From positions 61,752,001 to 61,816,000 of the forward strand of contig OX597821.1 in NCBI GenBank assembly GCA_951406725.2: a DNA stretch of 64,000 nt, in the 5' to 3' direction. The notes under the pieces are model-generated. The model was not told the origin of the DNA. It was given only the letters and a program-made list of their open reading frames with translations, and made no database searches. Shown piece by piece: positions 1 through 14,952 of this stretch (the first letter of the stretch is position 1; each line of letters starts with the position of its first letter). A program made the translations under genes and the position numbers. Origin of the DNA: Octopus vulgaris. Taxonomy: Eukaryota.

Positions 1-3000
1 GAATACAGCAGTTAATCTATGAAAGACTCCCTAATTTGCATACCGAAAATGTTTAACAGCTTTATAAACTCTATATATACTCAACATTTACAGCACTTAT
101 TCTATGCAGCAGTCCCAAATTTGCATACCGAAAATGTTTAACCACGTTATAAAATCTATATATACTGAAAAAATACAGCAGTCATTCTGTGCAGGAGTCC
201 CTAATTTGCATAACGAAAATGATCAACCGCTATATAAACTCTATATATACTGAAAAAATACAGCAGTCATTCTGTGCAGGAGTCCCTAATTTGCATAACG
301 AAAATGATCAACCGCTATATAAACTCTATATATACTCAACAAAAACAGCAGTTATTCTATGCAGGAGTCTCTAATTTGCATACCGAAAATATTTAACCGC
401 TCTATAAACTCAACAAAAAGACAAGTAATTCTATGCTGGAGACCCTAATTTGCATACCGAAAATGTTTAACCACTCTATAAACTCCATATATACTCAAAA
501 AATACAGCAGTTATTCAATACAGGAGTCCCTAAATTGCATATCGAAAATGATTAACAGCTTTATAAACTCTATATATACTCAACAATTACAGCACTTATT
601 CTATGCAGGAGTCCCTAAATTGCATATCGAAAATGATTAACAGCTTTATAAACTCTATATATACTCAACAATTACAGCACTTATTCTATGCAGCAGTCCC
701 AAATTTGCATACTGAAAATATTTAACCACTCTATAAAATCTTGATATACTCAACAAATACAGCAATCATTCTGTGCAGGAGTCCCTAATTTGCATAACGA
801 AAATGTTCAACCGCTATATAAACTCTATATATACAAATACCGAAAATTTTTAACCACTCTATAAAATCTATATATACACAACAAATAGTGCAGTTAATTC
901 TATGCTGGAGACACTAATTTGCTTACCCAAAATTTTTAACCACTCTATAAAATCTATATATACTCAACAAATAGTGCAGTTAATTCTATGCTGGAGACCC
1001 TAATTTGCATACTCAAAATTTTTAACCACTCTATAAAATCTATATATACTCAACAAATAGAGCAGTTAATTCTATGCTGGAGACCCTAATTTGCATACAG
1101 AAAATTTTTAACTGCTCTATAAACTCAACAAAAATAGAGCAGTTAATTCTATGCTGGAGACCCTAATTTGCATACCCAAAATTTTGAACCGGTCTGTAAA
1201 ATCTATATATACTCAACAAATAGAGCAGTTAATTCTGTGCTGGAAACCCTAATTTGCATACCGAAAATGTTTAAAAGCTCTATAAAATCTATATAAACTC
1301 AAAAAATAGAGCAGTTAATTCTATGCTGGAGACCCTAATTTGCATACAGAAAATTTTTAACCACTGTATAAAATCTATATATACTCAACAAATAGTGCAG
1401 TTAATTCTATGCTGAAGACCCTAATTTGCATACCCAAAATGTTTAACTGCTTTATAAACTCAAAAAATAGAACAGGTAATTCTATGCTGGAATCCCTAAT
1501 TTGCATACCTAAAATTTTAAACCGGTCTGTAAAATCTATATATACTCAACAAATAGTGCAGTTAATTCTATGATGGAGACCCTAATTTGCATACCGAAAA
1601 TTTTAAACCGGCCTGTAAAATCTATACATACTCAACAAATAGAGCAGTTAATTCTATGCTGGAGACCCTAATTTGCATACCGAAAATGTTTAACCATTCT
1701 GTAAAATCTATATATACTCAACAAATAGAGCAGTTAATTCTATGCTGGAGACCCTAATTAGCATACCTAAAATGTTTAACCGGTCTGTAAAATCTATATA
1801 TACTCAACAAATAGAGCAGTTAATTCTATGCTGGACACCCTAATTTGCATACCGAAAATGATTAACCGCTCAATAAATCTCTATAATATCAAAAAATAGA
1901 GCAGTTAATTCTATGCTGGAGACCCGAATTTGCATACCGAAAATGTTTAACTGGTCTGTAAAATCTATATATACTCAACAAATAGAGCAGTAAATTCTAT
2001 GCTGGACACCCTAATTTGCATACCGAAAATGTTTAACCGCTCTATAAAATCTATATAAACTCAAAAAATAGAAAAAAAATTCTTTGCTCAAGACACTAAT
2101 TTGCATACAGAAAATTTTTAACCACTTTATAAAATCTATATATACTCAACAAATAGAGCAGTTAATTCTATGCTGGAGACCCTAATTTGCATACCGAAAA
2201 TGTTTAACCGCTCTGTAAAATCTATATATACTCAACAAATAGAACAGGTAATTCTATGCTGGAGTCCCTAATTTGCATACCTAAAATTTTTAACCGGTCT
2301 GTAAAATCTATATATACTCAACAAATAGTGCAGTTAATTTTATGCTGGAGACCCGAATTTGCATACCGAAAATGTTTAACCGGTCTGTAAAATCTATATA
2401 TACTCAACAAATAGAGCAGTTAAATTTATGCTGGAGACCCTAATTTGCATACCTAAAATTTTAAACCGGTCTGTAAAATCTATATATACTCAACAAATAG
2501 AGCAGTTAATTCTATGCTGGAGACCCTAATTTGCATACCTAAAATGTTTAAACGGTCTGTAAATCTATATATACTCAACAAATAGAGCAATTAATTCTAT
2601 TATGGAGTCCCTAATTTGCATACCCAAAATTTGAAACCGGTCTGTAATATCTATATATACTCAACAAATAGAGCAGTTAATTTTATGCTGGAGACCCTAA
2701 TTTGCATACCTAAAATTTTAAACCGGTCTGTAAAATCTATATATACTCAACAAATAGAGCAGTTAATTCTATGCTGGAGACCCTAATTTGCATACCTAAA
2801 ATGTTTAAACGGTCTGTAAAATCTATATATACTCAACAAATAGAGCAGTTAATTCTATTATGGAGTCCCTAATTTGCATACCCAAAATTTTAAACCGGTC
2901 TGTAATATCTATATATACTCAACAAATAGAGCAGTTAATTCTATGCTGGAGACCCTAATTTGCAAACCTAAAATGTTTAACTGGTCTGTAAAATCTATAT

Positions 3001-6000
3001 ATACTCAACAAATAGAGCAGTTAATTATATGCTGGAGACCCTAATTTACATACCCAAAATTTTAAACCGGTCTGTAAAATATATATATATACTCAAAAAA
3101 TAGAGCAGTTAATTCTATGCTGGAGTCCCTAATTTACATACCAAATGTTTTTGACCGCTTTATAAACTCAACAAATAGAACAGGTAATTCTATGCTGGAG
3201 ACCCTAATTTGCATACCTAAAATTTTAAACCGGTCTGTAAAATCTATATATACTCAAAAAATAGAGCAGTTAATTCTATGCTGGAGACCCTAATTTGCAT
3301 ACCTAAAATTTTATACCGGTCTGTAAAATCTATATATACTCAACAAATAGAACAGGTAATTCTATGCTGGAGTCCCTAATTTGCATACCGAAAATTTTAA
3401 ACCGGTCTGTAAAATCTATATATACTCAACAAATAGAGCAGTTGATTCTTTGCTGGAGACCCTAATTTGCATACCGAAAATTTTAAACCGGTTTGTAAAA
3501 TCTATATATACTCAACAAATAGAGCAGTTAATTCTATGCTGGAGACCCTAATTTGCATACCGAAAATGTTTAACCGCTCTATAAAATCTATATATACTCA
3601 ACAAATAGAGCAGTTAATTCTTTGCTGGAGACCCTAATTTGCATACCTAAAATTTTTAACCGGTCTGTAAAATCTATATATACTCAACAAATAGAGCAGT
3701 TAATTCTTTGCTGGAGACCCTAATTTGCATACCTAAAATTTTAAACCGGTCTGTAAAATCTATATATACTCAACAAATAGAGCAGTTAATTCTATGCTGG
3801 AGAACCTAATTTGCATACGAAAATGTTTAACCGGTCAATAAAATCTATATAATTTCATCAAATAGTACAGCTAATTATATGCTGGAGACCCTAATTTGCA
3901 TACCGAAAATGTTTAACCGGTCTGTAAAATCTATATATACTCAACAAATAGAGCAGTTATTTCTATGCTGGAGACCCTAATTTGCATACAGAAAATTTTT
4001 AACCACTCCGTAATATCTATATATACTCAACAAATAGAGCAGTTAATTCTATGCTGGAGACCCTAATTTGCATACCTAAAATTTTAAAACACTTTATAAA
4101 ATCTATATATACTCAACAAATAGAGCAGTTAATTCTATGCTGGAGTCCCTAATTTGCATACCGAAAATTTTTAACCGGTCTGTAAAATCTATATATACTC
4201 AACAAATAGAGCAGTTAATTCTATGCTGGAGTCCCTAATTTGCATACCTAAAATTTTAAACCGGTCTGTAAAATCTATATATACTCAACAAATAGAGCAG
4301 TTAATTCTATGCTGGACACCCTAATTTGCATACCGAAAATGTTTAACCGCTCTATAAAATCTATATATACTCAACAAATAGAGCAGTTAATTCTTTGCTG
4401 GAGACCCTAATTTGCATACCTAAAATTTTAAACCGGTCTGTAAAATCTATATATACTCAACAAATAGAGCAGTTAATTCTATGCTGGACACCCTAATTTG
4501 CATACAGAAAATGTTTAACCGCTCTATAAAATCTATATAATGTCATCAAATAGAACAGGTAATCCTATGCTGGAGTCCCTAATTTGCATACCGAAAATTT
4601 TTAACCGCTCTATAAACTCAACAAACAGAATAGGTAATTATATATACTCAATAAATAGAGCAGTTAATTCTATGCTGGAGACCCTAATTTGCATACCGCA
4701 AAAATTTTAACCGCTCTATAAAACCTATATATACTCAAGAAATAGAGCAGTGAATTCTATGCTGGAGACCCTAATTTGCATACCCAAAATTTTAAACCGG
4801 TCTGTAATATCTATATATACTCAACAAATAGAGCAGTTATTTCTATGCTGGAGACCCTAATTTGCATACAGAAAATTTTTAACCACTCCGTAATATCTAT
4901 ATATACTCAACAAATAGAGCAGTTAATTCTATGCTGGAGACCCTAATTTGCATACCTAAAATTTTAAAACACTTTATAAAATCTATATATACTCAACATA
5001 TAGAGCAGTAAATTCTATGCTGGAGACCCGAATTTGCATACACAAAATTTTTAACCGGTCTGTAAAATCTATATATACTCAACAAATAGAGCAGTTAATT
5101 CTATGCTGGAGACCCTAATTTGCATACCTAAAATTTTAAACCGGTCTGTAAAATCTATATATACTCAACAAATAGAGCAGTTAATTCTATGCTGGACACC
5201 CTAATTTGCATACCGAAAATGTTTAACCGCTCTATAAAATCTATATATACTCAACAAATAGAGCAGTTAATTCTTTGCTGGAAACCCTAATTTGCATACC
5301 TAAAATTTTTAACCGGTCTGTAAAATCTATATATACTCAACAAATAGAGCAGTTAATTCTTTGCTGGAGACCCTAATTTGCATACCTAAAATTTTAAACC
5401 GGTCTGTAAAATCTATATATACTCAACAAATAGAGCAGTTAATTCTATGCTGGACACCCTAATTTGCATACAGAAAATGTTTAACCGCTCTATAAAATCT
5501 ATATAATGTCATCAAATAGAACAGGTAATCCTATGCTGGAGTCCCTAATTTGCATACCGAAAATTTTTAACCGCTCTATAAACTCAACAAACAGAATAGA
5601 TAATTATATATACTCAATAAATAGAGCAGTTAATTCTATGCTGGAGACCCTAATTTGCATACCGCAAAAATTTTAACCGCTCTATAAAACCTATATATAC
5701 TCAAGAAATAGAGCAGTGAATTCTATGCTGGAGACCCTAATTTGCATACCAAAAATTTTAAACCAATTTATAAAATCTATATATACTCAACAAATAGAGC
5801 AGTTAATTCTATGCTGGAGACCCTAATGTGCATACACAAAATTTTTAACCACTCTATATAATCTATATATACTCAACAAATAGAGCAGTTAATTCTATGC
5901 TGGAGACCAGAATTTGCATACCGAAAATGTTTAACCGCTCTATAAAATCTATATAATGTCATCAAATAGAACAGGTAATCCTATGCTGGAGACCCGAATT

Positions 6001-9000
6001 TGCAAACCGAAAATGTTTAACCGGTCTGTAAAATCTATATATACTCAACAAATAGTGGAGTTAATTCTATGCTGGAGACCCTAATTTGCATACCTAAAAT
6101 TTTACGCCGTTCTGTAAAATCTATATATACTCAACAAATAGAGCAGTTAATTCTATGCTGGACACCCTAATTTGCATACAGAAAATGTTTAACCGCTCTA
6201 TAAAATCTATATAATGTCCTCAAATAGGACAGGTAATCCTATGCTGGAGTCCCTAATTTGCATACCGAAAATGTTTAACCGCTCTATAAACTCAAAAAAC
6301 AGAATAGGTAATTATATGCTGGAGTCCCTAATTTGCATACCGAAAATGTTTAACTGCTCTGTAAAATCTATATATACTCAACAAATAGAGCAGTTAATTC
6401 TATGCTGGAGAACCTAATTTGCATACAGAAAATTTTTAACCACTCTGTAAAATCTATATATACTCAACAAATAGAGCAGTTAATTCTATGCTGGAGTCCC
6501 TAATTTGCATACCAAAAGTATTTAACCGCTTTATAAACTCAACAAATAGAACAGGTAATTCTATGCTGGAGTCCCTAATTTGCATACAGAAAAATTTTAA
6601 CTGATCTATGAAACCTATATATACTCAAGAATTTGAGCAGTTAATTCTATGCTGGAGACCCTAATTTGCATACCGAAAATGTTTAACCGCACAGTAAAAT
6701 CTATATAAACTCAAAAAATAGAGCAATAATTCTATGCTGGAGACCCTAATTTGCATACAGAAAATTTTTAACCACTTTATAAAATCTATATATACTCAAC
6801 AAATAAAGCTGTTAATTCTATGCTGGAGACCCTAATTTGCATACCGAAAACGTTTAACTGCTTTGTAATATCTATATATACTCAACAAATAGAGCACTTA
6901 ATTCTATGCTGGAGTCCCTAATTTGCATACCGAAAATTTTTAACCGCTCTATAAAATCTATATAAACTCAAAAATAGAGCAGTTAATTCTATGCTGGAGT
7001 CCCTTATTTGCATACCGAAAAATTTTAACCGATCAATGAAACCTATATATACTCAAGAATTAGAGCAGTTAATTCTATGCTGGCGACCCTAATTTGCATA
7101 CCGAAAATGTTTAACCGGTCTGTAAATTCTATATATACTCAACAAATAGAGCAGTAAATTCTAAGCTGGAGTCCCTAATTTGCATACCCAAAATTTTAAA
7201 CCGGTTTGTAAAATCTATATATACTCAACAAATAGAGCAGTTAATTCTATGCTGGAGACCCTAATTTGCATACCAAAATTTTTAACCGCCTTATAATCTC
7301 AACAAATAGAACAGGTAATTCTATGCTGGAGTCCCTAATTTGCATACCGAAAAATTTTAACCGATCTATGAAACCTATATAAACTCAAGTATTAGAGCAG
7401 TTAATTCTTTGCTGGAGAACCTAATTTGCATACCGAAAATTTTAAACCGGTCTGTAAACTCTATATATACTCAACATATACAGAAGTTAATTCTGTGCTG
7501 GAGTCCCTAATTTGCATACCGAAAATTTTAAACCGGTCTGTAAAATCTATATATACTCAACAAATAGAGCAGTTAATTCTATGCTGGTGACCCTAATTTG
7601 CATACCTAAAATTTTAAACTGGTCTGTAAAATCTATATATACTCAACAAATAGAGCAGTTAATTCTTTGCTGGAGACCCTAATTTGCATACCGAAAATTT
7701 TAAACCGGTTTGTAAAATCTATATATACTCAACAAATAGAGCAGTTAATTCTATGCTGGAGACCCTAATTTGCATACCGAAAATGTTTAACCGCTCTATA
7801 AAATCTATATATACTCAACAAATAGAGCAGTTAATTCTTTGCTGGAGACCCTAATTTGCATACCTAAAATTTTTAACCGGTCTGTAAAATCTATATATAC
7901 TCAACAAATAGAGCAGTTAATTCTTTGCTGGAGACCCTAATTTGCATACCTAAAATTTTTAACCGGTCTGTAAAATCTATATATACTCAACAAATAGAGC
8001 AGTTAATTCTATGCTGGAGAACCTAATTTGCATACGAAAATGTTTAACCGGTCAATAAAATCTATATAATTTCATCAAATAGTACAGCTAATTATATGCT
8101 GGAGACCCTAATTTGCATACCGAAAATGTTTAACCGGTCTGTAAAATCTATATATACTCAACAAATAGAGCAGTTATTTCTATGCTGGAGACCCTAATTT
8201 GCATACAGAAAATTTTTAACCACTCCGTAATATCTATATATACTCAACAAATAGAGCAGTTAATTCTATGCTGGAGACCCTAATTTGCATACCTAAAATT
8301 TTAAAACACTTTATAAAATCTATATATACTCAACATATACAGAAGTAAATTCTATGCTGGAGACCCGAATTTGCATACACAAAATTTTTAACCCGTCTGT
8401 AATATCTATATATACTCAACAAATAGAGCAGTTAATTCTATGCTGGAGACCCTAATTTGCATACCTAAAATTTTAAACCGGTCTGTAAAATCTATATATA
8501 CTCAACAAANNNNNNNNNNNNNNNNNNNNNNNNNNNNNNNNNNNNNNNNNNNNNNNNNNNNNNNNNNNNNNNNNNNNNNNNNNNNNNNNNNNNNNNNNNN
8601 NNNNNNNNNAAAATCTATATATACTCAACAAATAGAGCAGTTAATTCTATGCTGGAGACCCTAATTTGCATACCGAAAATTTTAAACCGGTCTATAAAAT
8701 CTATATATACTCAACAAATAGAGCAGTTAATTCTATGCTGGAGACCCTAATTTGCATACCGAAAATGTTTAACCGCTCTATAAAATCTATATATACTCAA
8801 CAAATAGAACAGGTTAATTCTATGCTGGAGACCCCCTAATTTGCATACCGAAAATTTTTAACCGGTCTGTAAAATCTATATATACTCAACAAATAGAGCA
8901 GTTAATTCTATGCTGGAGACCCTAATTTGCATACACAAAATTTTTAAACTCTGTAAAATCTATATATACTCAACAAATAGAGCAGTTAATTCTATGCTGG

Positions 9001-12000
9001 AGCCCTAATTTGCATACCAAAATTTTAACCGCTCTTATAAACTATATACATGTCCTCAAATAGAACAGGTAATTCTATGCTGGAGTCCCTAATTTGCATA
9101 CCGAAAATGTTTAACGCTCTATAAACTCAAAAAAGATTAAAAGCCTAATGCATATATACAAAATTTTACCTCTGTAAAATCTATATATACTCAACAAATA
9201 GAGCAGTTAATTCTATGCTGGAGACCCTAATTTGCATACCGAAAATGTTTAAAACTAACAAATAGAACAGTAATCTTGCTAGCTAAATCTATATATACTC
9301 AACAAATAGAGCAGTTAATTCTATGCTGGAGACCCTAATTTGCATACCGAAAATTTTAACCGCTCTGTAAAATCTATATATACTCAACAAATAGAGCAGT
9401 TAATTCTATGCTGGAGTCCCTAATTTGCATACAAAATTTTAACGAATAATCAACAAATAGAACAGGTAATTCTATGCTGAGTCTAATTTGCATACCGAAA
9501 ATCTTTAACGCCTACAAAATATATATATACTCAACAAATATGCTGGAGCCTAATTTGAACCATTTTAAAATCTATATATACTCAAAAATAGCAGTTAATT
9601 TATGCTGGAGTCCCTAATTTGCATACAAAATTTTAACGCTTTATAAAATCTCTATAATCAAAATATAAGCAGTTAATTCTATGCTGGAGACCTAATTTGC
9701 ATACAGAAAATTTTTAACCCTCTATAAAATCTATATATACTCAACAAATAGAGCAGTTAATTCTATTATGGGTCCCTAATTTGTATACCCAAAATTTTAA
9801 ACCGGTCTGTAAAATCTATATATACTCAACAAATAGAGCAGTTAATTTTATGCTGGAGACCCTAATTTGCATACGAAAATTTTAAACCGGTCTGTAAAAT
9901 CTATATATACTCAACAAATAGAGCAGTTAATTCTATGCTGGAGACCCTAATTTGCATACTAAAATGTTTAAACGGTCTGTAAAATCTATATATACTCAAC
10001 AAATAGAGCAGTTAATTCTATTATGGAGTCCCTAATTTGCATACCCAAAATTTTAAACCGGTCTGTAATATCTATATATACTCAACAAATAGAGCAGTTA
10101 ATTCTATGCTGGAGACCCTAATTTGCAAACCTAAAATTTTAAACCGGTCTGTAAAATCTATATATACTCAACAAATAGAGCAGTTAATTCTATGCTGGAG
10201 ACCCTAATTTGCATACCGAAAATGTTTAACCGCTCTATAAAATCTATATATACTCAACAAATAGAACAGGTAATCCTATGCTGGAGTCCCTAATTTGCAT
10301 ACGGAAAATTTTAAACCGGTCTGTAAAATCTATATATACTCAAAAAATAGAGCAGTTAATTCTCTGCTGGAGACCCTAATTTGCATACCTAAAATTTTAA
10401 ACCGGTCTGTAAAATCTATATATACTCAACAAATAGAGCAGTTAATTCTATGCTGGAGTCCCTAATTTGCATACCTAAAATTTTAAACTGGTCTGTAAAA
10501 TCTATATATACTCAACAAATAGAGCAGTTAATTCTTTGCTGGAGACCCTAATTTGCATACCGAAAATTTTAAACCGGTTTGTAAAATCTATATATACTCA
10601 ACAAATAGAGCAGTTAATTCTATGCTGGAGACCCTAATTTGCATACCGAAAATGTTTAACAGCTCTATAAAATCTATATATACTCAACAAATAGAGCAGT
10701 TAATTCTATGCTGGAGACCCTAATTTGCATACCTAAAATTTTTAACCGGTCTGTAAAATCAATATATACTCAACAAATAGAGCAGTGAATTCTTTGCTGG
10801 AGACCCTAACTTGCATACCTAAAATTTTAAACCGGTCTGTAAAATCTATATATACTCAACAAATAGAGCAGTTAATTCTATGCTGGAGAACCTAATTTGC
10901 ATACGAAAATGTTTAACCGGTCAATAAAATCTATATAATTTCATCAAATAGTACAGGTAATTATATGCTGGAGACCCTAATTTGCATACCGAAAATGTTT
11001 AACCGGTCTGTAAAATCTATATATACTCAACAAATAGAGCAGTTATTTCTATGCTGGAGACCCTAATTTGCATACAGAAAATTTTTAACCACTCCGTAAT
11101 ATCTATATATACTCAACAAATAGAGCAGTTAATTCTATGCTGGAGACCCTAATTTGCATACCTAAAATTTTAAAACACTTTATAAAATCTATATATACTC
11201 AACAAATAGAGCAGTAAATTCTATGCTGGAGACCCGAATTTGCATACACAAAATTTTTAACCGGTCTGTAAAATCTATATATACTCAACAAATAGAGCAG
11301 TTAATTCTATGCTGGAGACCCTAATTTGCATACCTAAAATTTTAAACCGGTCTGTAAAATCTATATATACTCAACATATAGAGCAGTTAATTCTATGCTG
11401 GACACCCTAATTTGCATACCGAAAATGTTTAACCGCTCTATAAAATCTATATATACTCAACAAATAGAACAGGTAATCCTATGCTGGAGTCCCTAATTTG
11501 CATACCGAAAATTTTTAACCGCTCTATAAACTCAACAAACAGAATAGGTAATTATATATACTCAATAAATAGAGCAGTTAATTCTATGCTGGAGACCCTA
11601 ATTTGCATACCGCAAAAATTTTAACCGCTCTATAAAACCTATATATACTCAAGAAATAGAGCAGTGAATTCTATGCTGGAGACCCTAATTTGCATACCGA
11701 AAATGTTTAACCGCTCTATAAAATCTATATAAACTCAAAAAATAGAGCAGTTAATTCTATGCTGGAGACCCTAATTTGCATACGTCAAATTTTAAACCGG
11801 TCTGTAAAATCTATATATAGTCAACAAATAGAGCAGTTAATTCTATGCTGGAGACCCTAATTTGCATACCGAAAATTTTTAACCGCTCTATAAAATGTAT
11901 ATATACTCAACAAATAGAGCAGTTAATTCTATGCTGGAGACCCTAATTTGCATACCAAAAATTTTAAACCAATTTATAAAATCTATATATACTCAACAAA

Positions 12001-14950
12001 TAGAGCAGTTAATTCTATGCTGGAGACCCTAATTTGCATACACAAAATTTTTAACCACTCTATATAATCTATATATACTCAACAAATAGAGCAGTTAATT
12101 CTATGCTGGAGACCAGAATTTGCATACCGAAAATGTTTAACCGCTCTATAAAATCTATATAATGTCATCAAATAGAACAGGTAATCCTATGCTGGAGACC
12201 CGAATTTGCAAACCGAAAATGTTTAACCGGTCTGTAAAATCTATATATACTCAACAAATAGTGGAGTTAATTCTATGCTGGAGACCCTAATTTGCATACC
12301 TAAAATTTTACGCCGTTCTGTAAAATCTATATATACTCAACAAATAGAGCAGTTAATTCTATGCTGGACACCCTAATTTGCATACAGAAAATGTTTAACC
12401 GCTCTATAAAATCTATATAATGTCATCAAATAGAACAGGTAATCCTATGCTGGAGTCCCTAATTTGCATACCGAAAATTTTTAACCGCTCTATAAACTCA
12501 AAAAACAGAATAGGTAATTATATGCTGGAGTCCCTAATTTGCATACCGAAAATGTTTAACTGCTCTGTAAAATCTATATATACTCAACAAATAGAGCAGT
12601 TAATTCTATGCTGGAGACCCTAATTTGCATACAGAAAATTTTTAACCACTCTGTAAAATCTATATATACTCAACAAATAGAGCAGTTAATTCTATGCTGG
12701 AGTCCCTAATTTGCATACCAAAAGTATTTAACCGCTTTATAAACTCAACAAATAGAACAGGTAATTCTATGCTGGAGTCCCTAATTTGCATACCGAAAAA
12801 TTTTAACTGATCTATGAAACCTATATATACTCAAGAATTTGAGCAGTTAATTCTATGCTGGAGACCCTAATTTGCATACCGAAAATGTTTAACCGCACAG
12901 TAAAATCTATATAAACTCAAAAAATAGAGCAATAATTCTATGCTGGAGACCCTAATTTGCATACAGAAAATTTTTAACCACTTTATAAAATCTATATATA
13001 CTCAACAAATAAAGCTGTTAATTCTATGCTGGAGACCCTAATTTGCATACCGAAAACGTTTAACTGCTTTGTAATATCTATATATACTCAACAAATAGAG
13101 CACTTAATTCTATGCTGGAGTCCCTAATTTGCATACCGAAAATTTTTAACCGCTCTATAAAATCTATATAAACTCAAAAATAGAGCAGTTAATTCTATGC
13201 TGGAGTCCCTTATTTGCATACCGAAAAATTTTAACCGATCAATGAAACCTATATATACTCAAGAATTAGAGCAGTTAATTCTATGCTGGCGACCCTAATT
13301 TGCATACCGAAAATGTTTAACCGGTCTGTAAATTCTATATATACTCAACAAATAGAGCAGTAAATTCTAAGCTGGAGTCCCTAATTTGCATACCCAAAAT
13401 TTTAAACCGGTTTGTAAAATCTATATATACTCAACAAATAGAGCAGTTAATTCTATGCTGGAGACCCTAATTTGCATACCAAAATTTTTAACCGCCTTAT
13501 AATCTCAACAAATAGAACAGGTAATTCTATGCTGGAGTCCCTAATTTGCATACCGAAAAATTTTAACCGATCTATGAAACCTATATAAACTCAAGTATTA
13601 GAGCAGTTAATTCTTTGCTGGAGAACCTAATTTGCATACCGAAAATTTTAAACCGGTCTGTAAAATCTATATATACTCAACAAATAGAGCAGTTAATTCT
13701 ATGCTGGACACCGTAATTTGTATACCGAAAATGTTTAACCGCTCTGTAAAATCTATATATACTCAACAAATAGAGCAGTTAATTCTATGCTGGTGACCCT
13801 AATTTGCATACCTAAAATTTTAAACTGGTCTGTAAAATCTATATATACTCAACAAATAGAGCAGTTAATTCTTTGCTGGAGACCCTAATTTGCATACCGA
13901 AAATTTTAAACTGGTCTGTAAAATCTATATATACTCAACAAATAGAGCAGTTAATTCTAAGCTGGAGTCCCTAATTTCCATACAGCAAAAATTTTAACCG
14001 CTCTATAAAACCTATATATACTCAAGAAATAGAGCAGTGAATTCTATGCTGGAGACCCTAATTTGCATACCGAAAATGTTTAACAGCTCTATAAAATCTA
14101 TATAAACTCAAAAAATAGAGCAGTTAATTCTATGCTGGAGTCCCTAATTTGCATACCAAAAGTTTTAACCGCTTTATAAACTCAACAAATAGAACAGGTA
14201 ATTCTATGCTGGAGTCTCTAATTTGCATACCGAAAATTTTTAACTGCTCTATAAAATCTATATATACTCAACAAATAGAGCAGTTAATTCTATGCTGGAG
14301 TCCCTAATTTGCATACAGAAAATATTTAACAGCTCTATAAAATCTCTATAAATTCAAAATATAGAGCAGTTAATTCTATGCTGGAGACCCTAATTTGCAT
14401 ACAGAAAATTTTTAACCACTCTATAAAATCTATATATACTCAACAAATAGAGCAGTTCATTCTATGCTGGAGACCCTTATTTGCATACCTAAAATTTTAA
14501 ACCGGTCTGTAAAATCTATATATACTCAACAATTAGTACAGTTAATTCTATGCTGGAGACCCTAATTTGCATACGTAAAATTTTAAACCGGTCTGTAAAA
14601 TCTATATATACTCAACAAATAGAGCAGTTAATTCTATGCTGGAGACCCTAATTTGCATACCGAAAATTTTTAACCGCTCTATAAAATGTATATATACTCA
14701 ACAAATAGAGCAGTTAATTCTATGCTGGAGACCCTAATTTGCATACAGAAAATTTTTAACCGCTGTATAAAATCTATATAAACTCAAAAAATAGAGCAGT
14801 TAATTCTATGCTGGAGTCCCTAATTTGCATACCAAAAGTTTTTAACCGCTTTATTAACTCAACAAACAGAACAGGCAATTCTATGCTGGAGTCCCTAATT
14901 TGGATACCGAAAATTTGTACCTGCTCTATAATATCTATATATACCAAAAA
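1..14950. repeat. Tandem satellite DNA, 86-bp monomer (about 170 copies) with a 75-bp deletion variant
   Basis: Consensus AAAATCTATATATACTCAACAAATAGAGCAGTTAATTCTATGCTGGAGACCCTAATTTGCATACCGAAAATGTTTAACCGGTCTGT. Period is 86 (1621 vs 1707). The short variant lacking the TATATA tract has period 75 (6247 vs 6322). The array runs off the left edge of the window. Confidence 0.98.
8510..8609. other. Assembly gap (100 N)
   Basis: Run of exactly 100 N inside the satellite. Confidence 0.99.
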
Positions 14951-14952
14951 CT

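Noticed and set aside
8900-9720. Apparently highly degenerate satellite subregion
   Set aside because: Deletion-rich sequence immediately after the N gap looks like low-quality gap-fill consensus rather than biology.
1-14950. CRISPR-like array or repetitive protein gene
   Set aside because: There are no unique spacers and no cas genes. The 86-bp period is not a multiple of 3, and frames stop within 2-3 units, so ORFs such as 6214-6417 and 12420-12623 are incidental.
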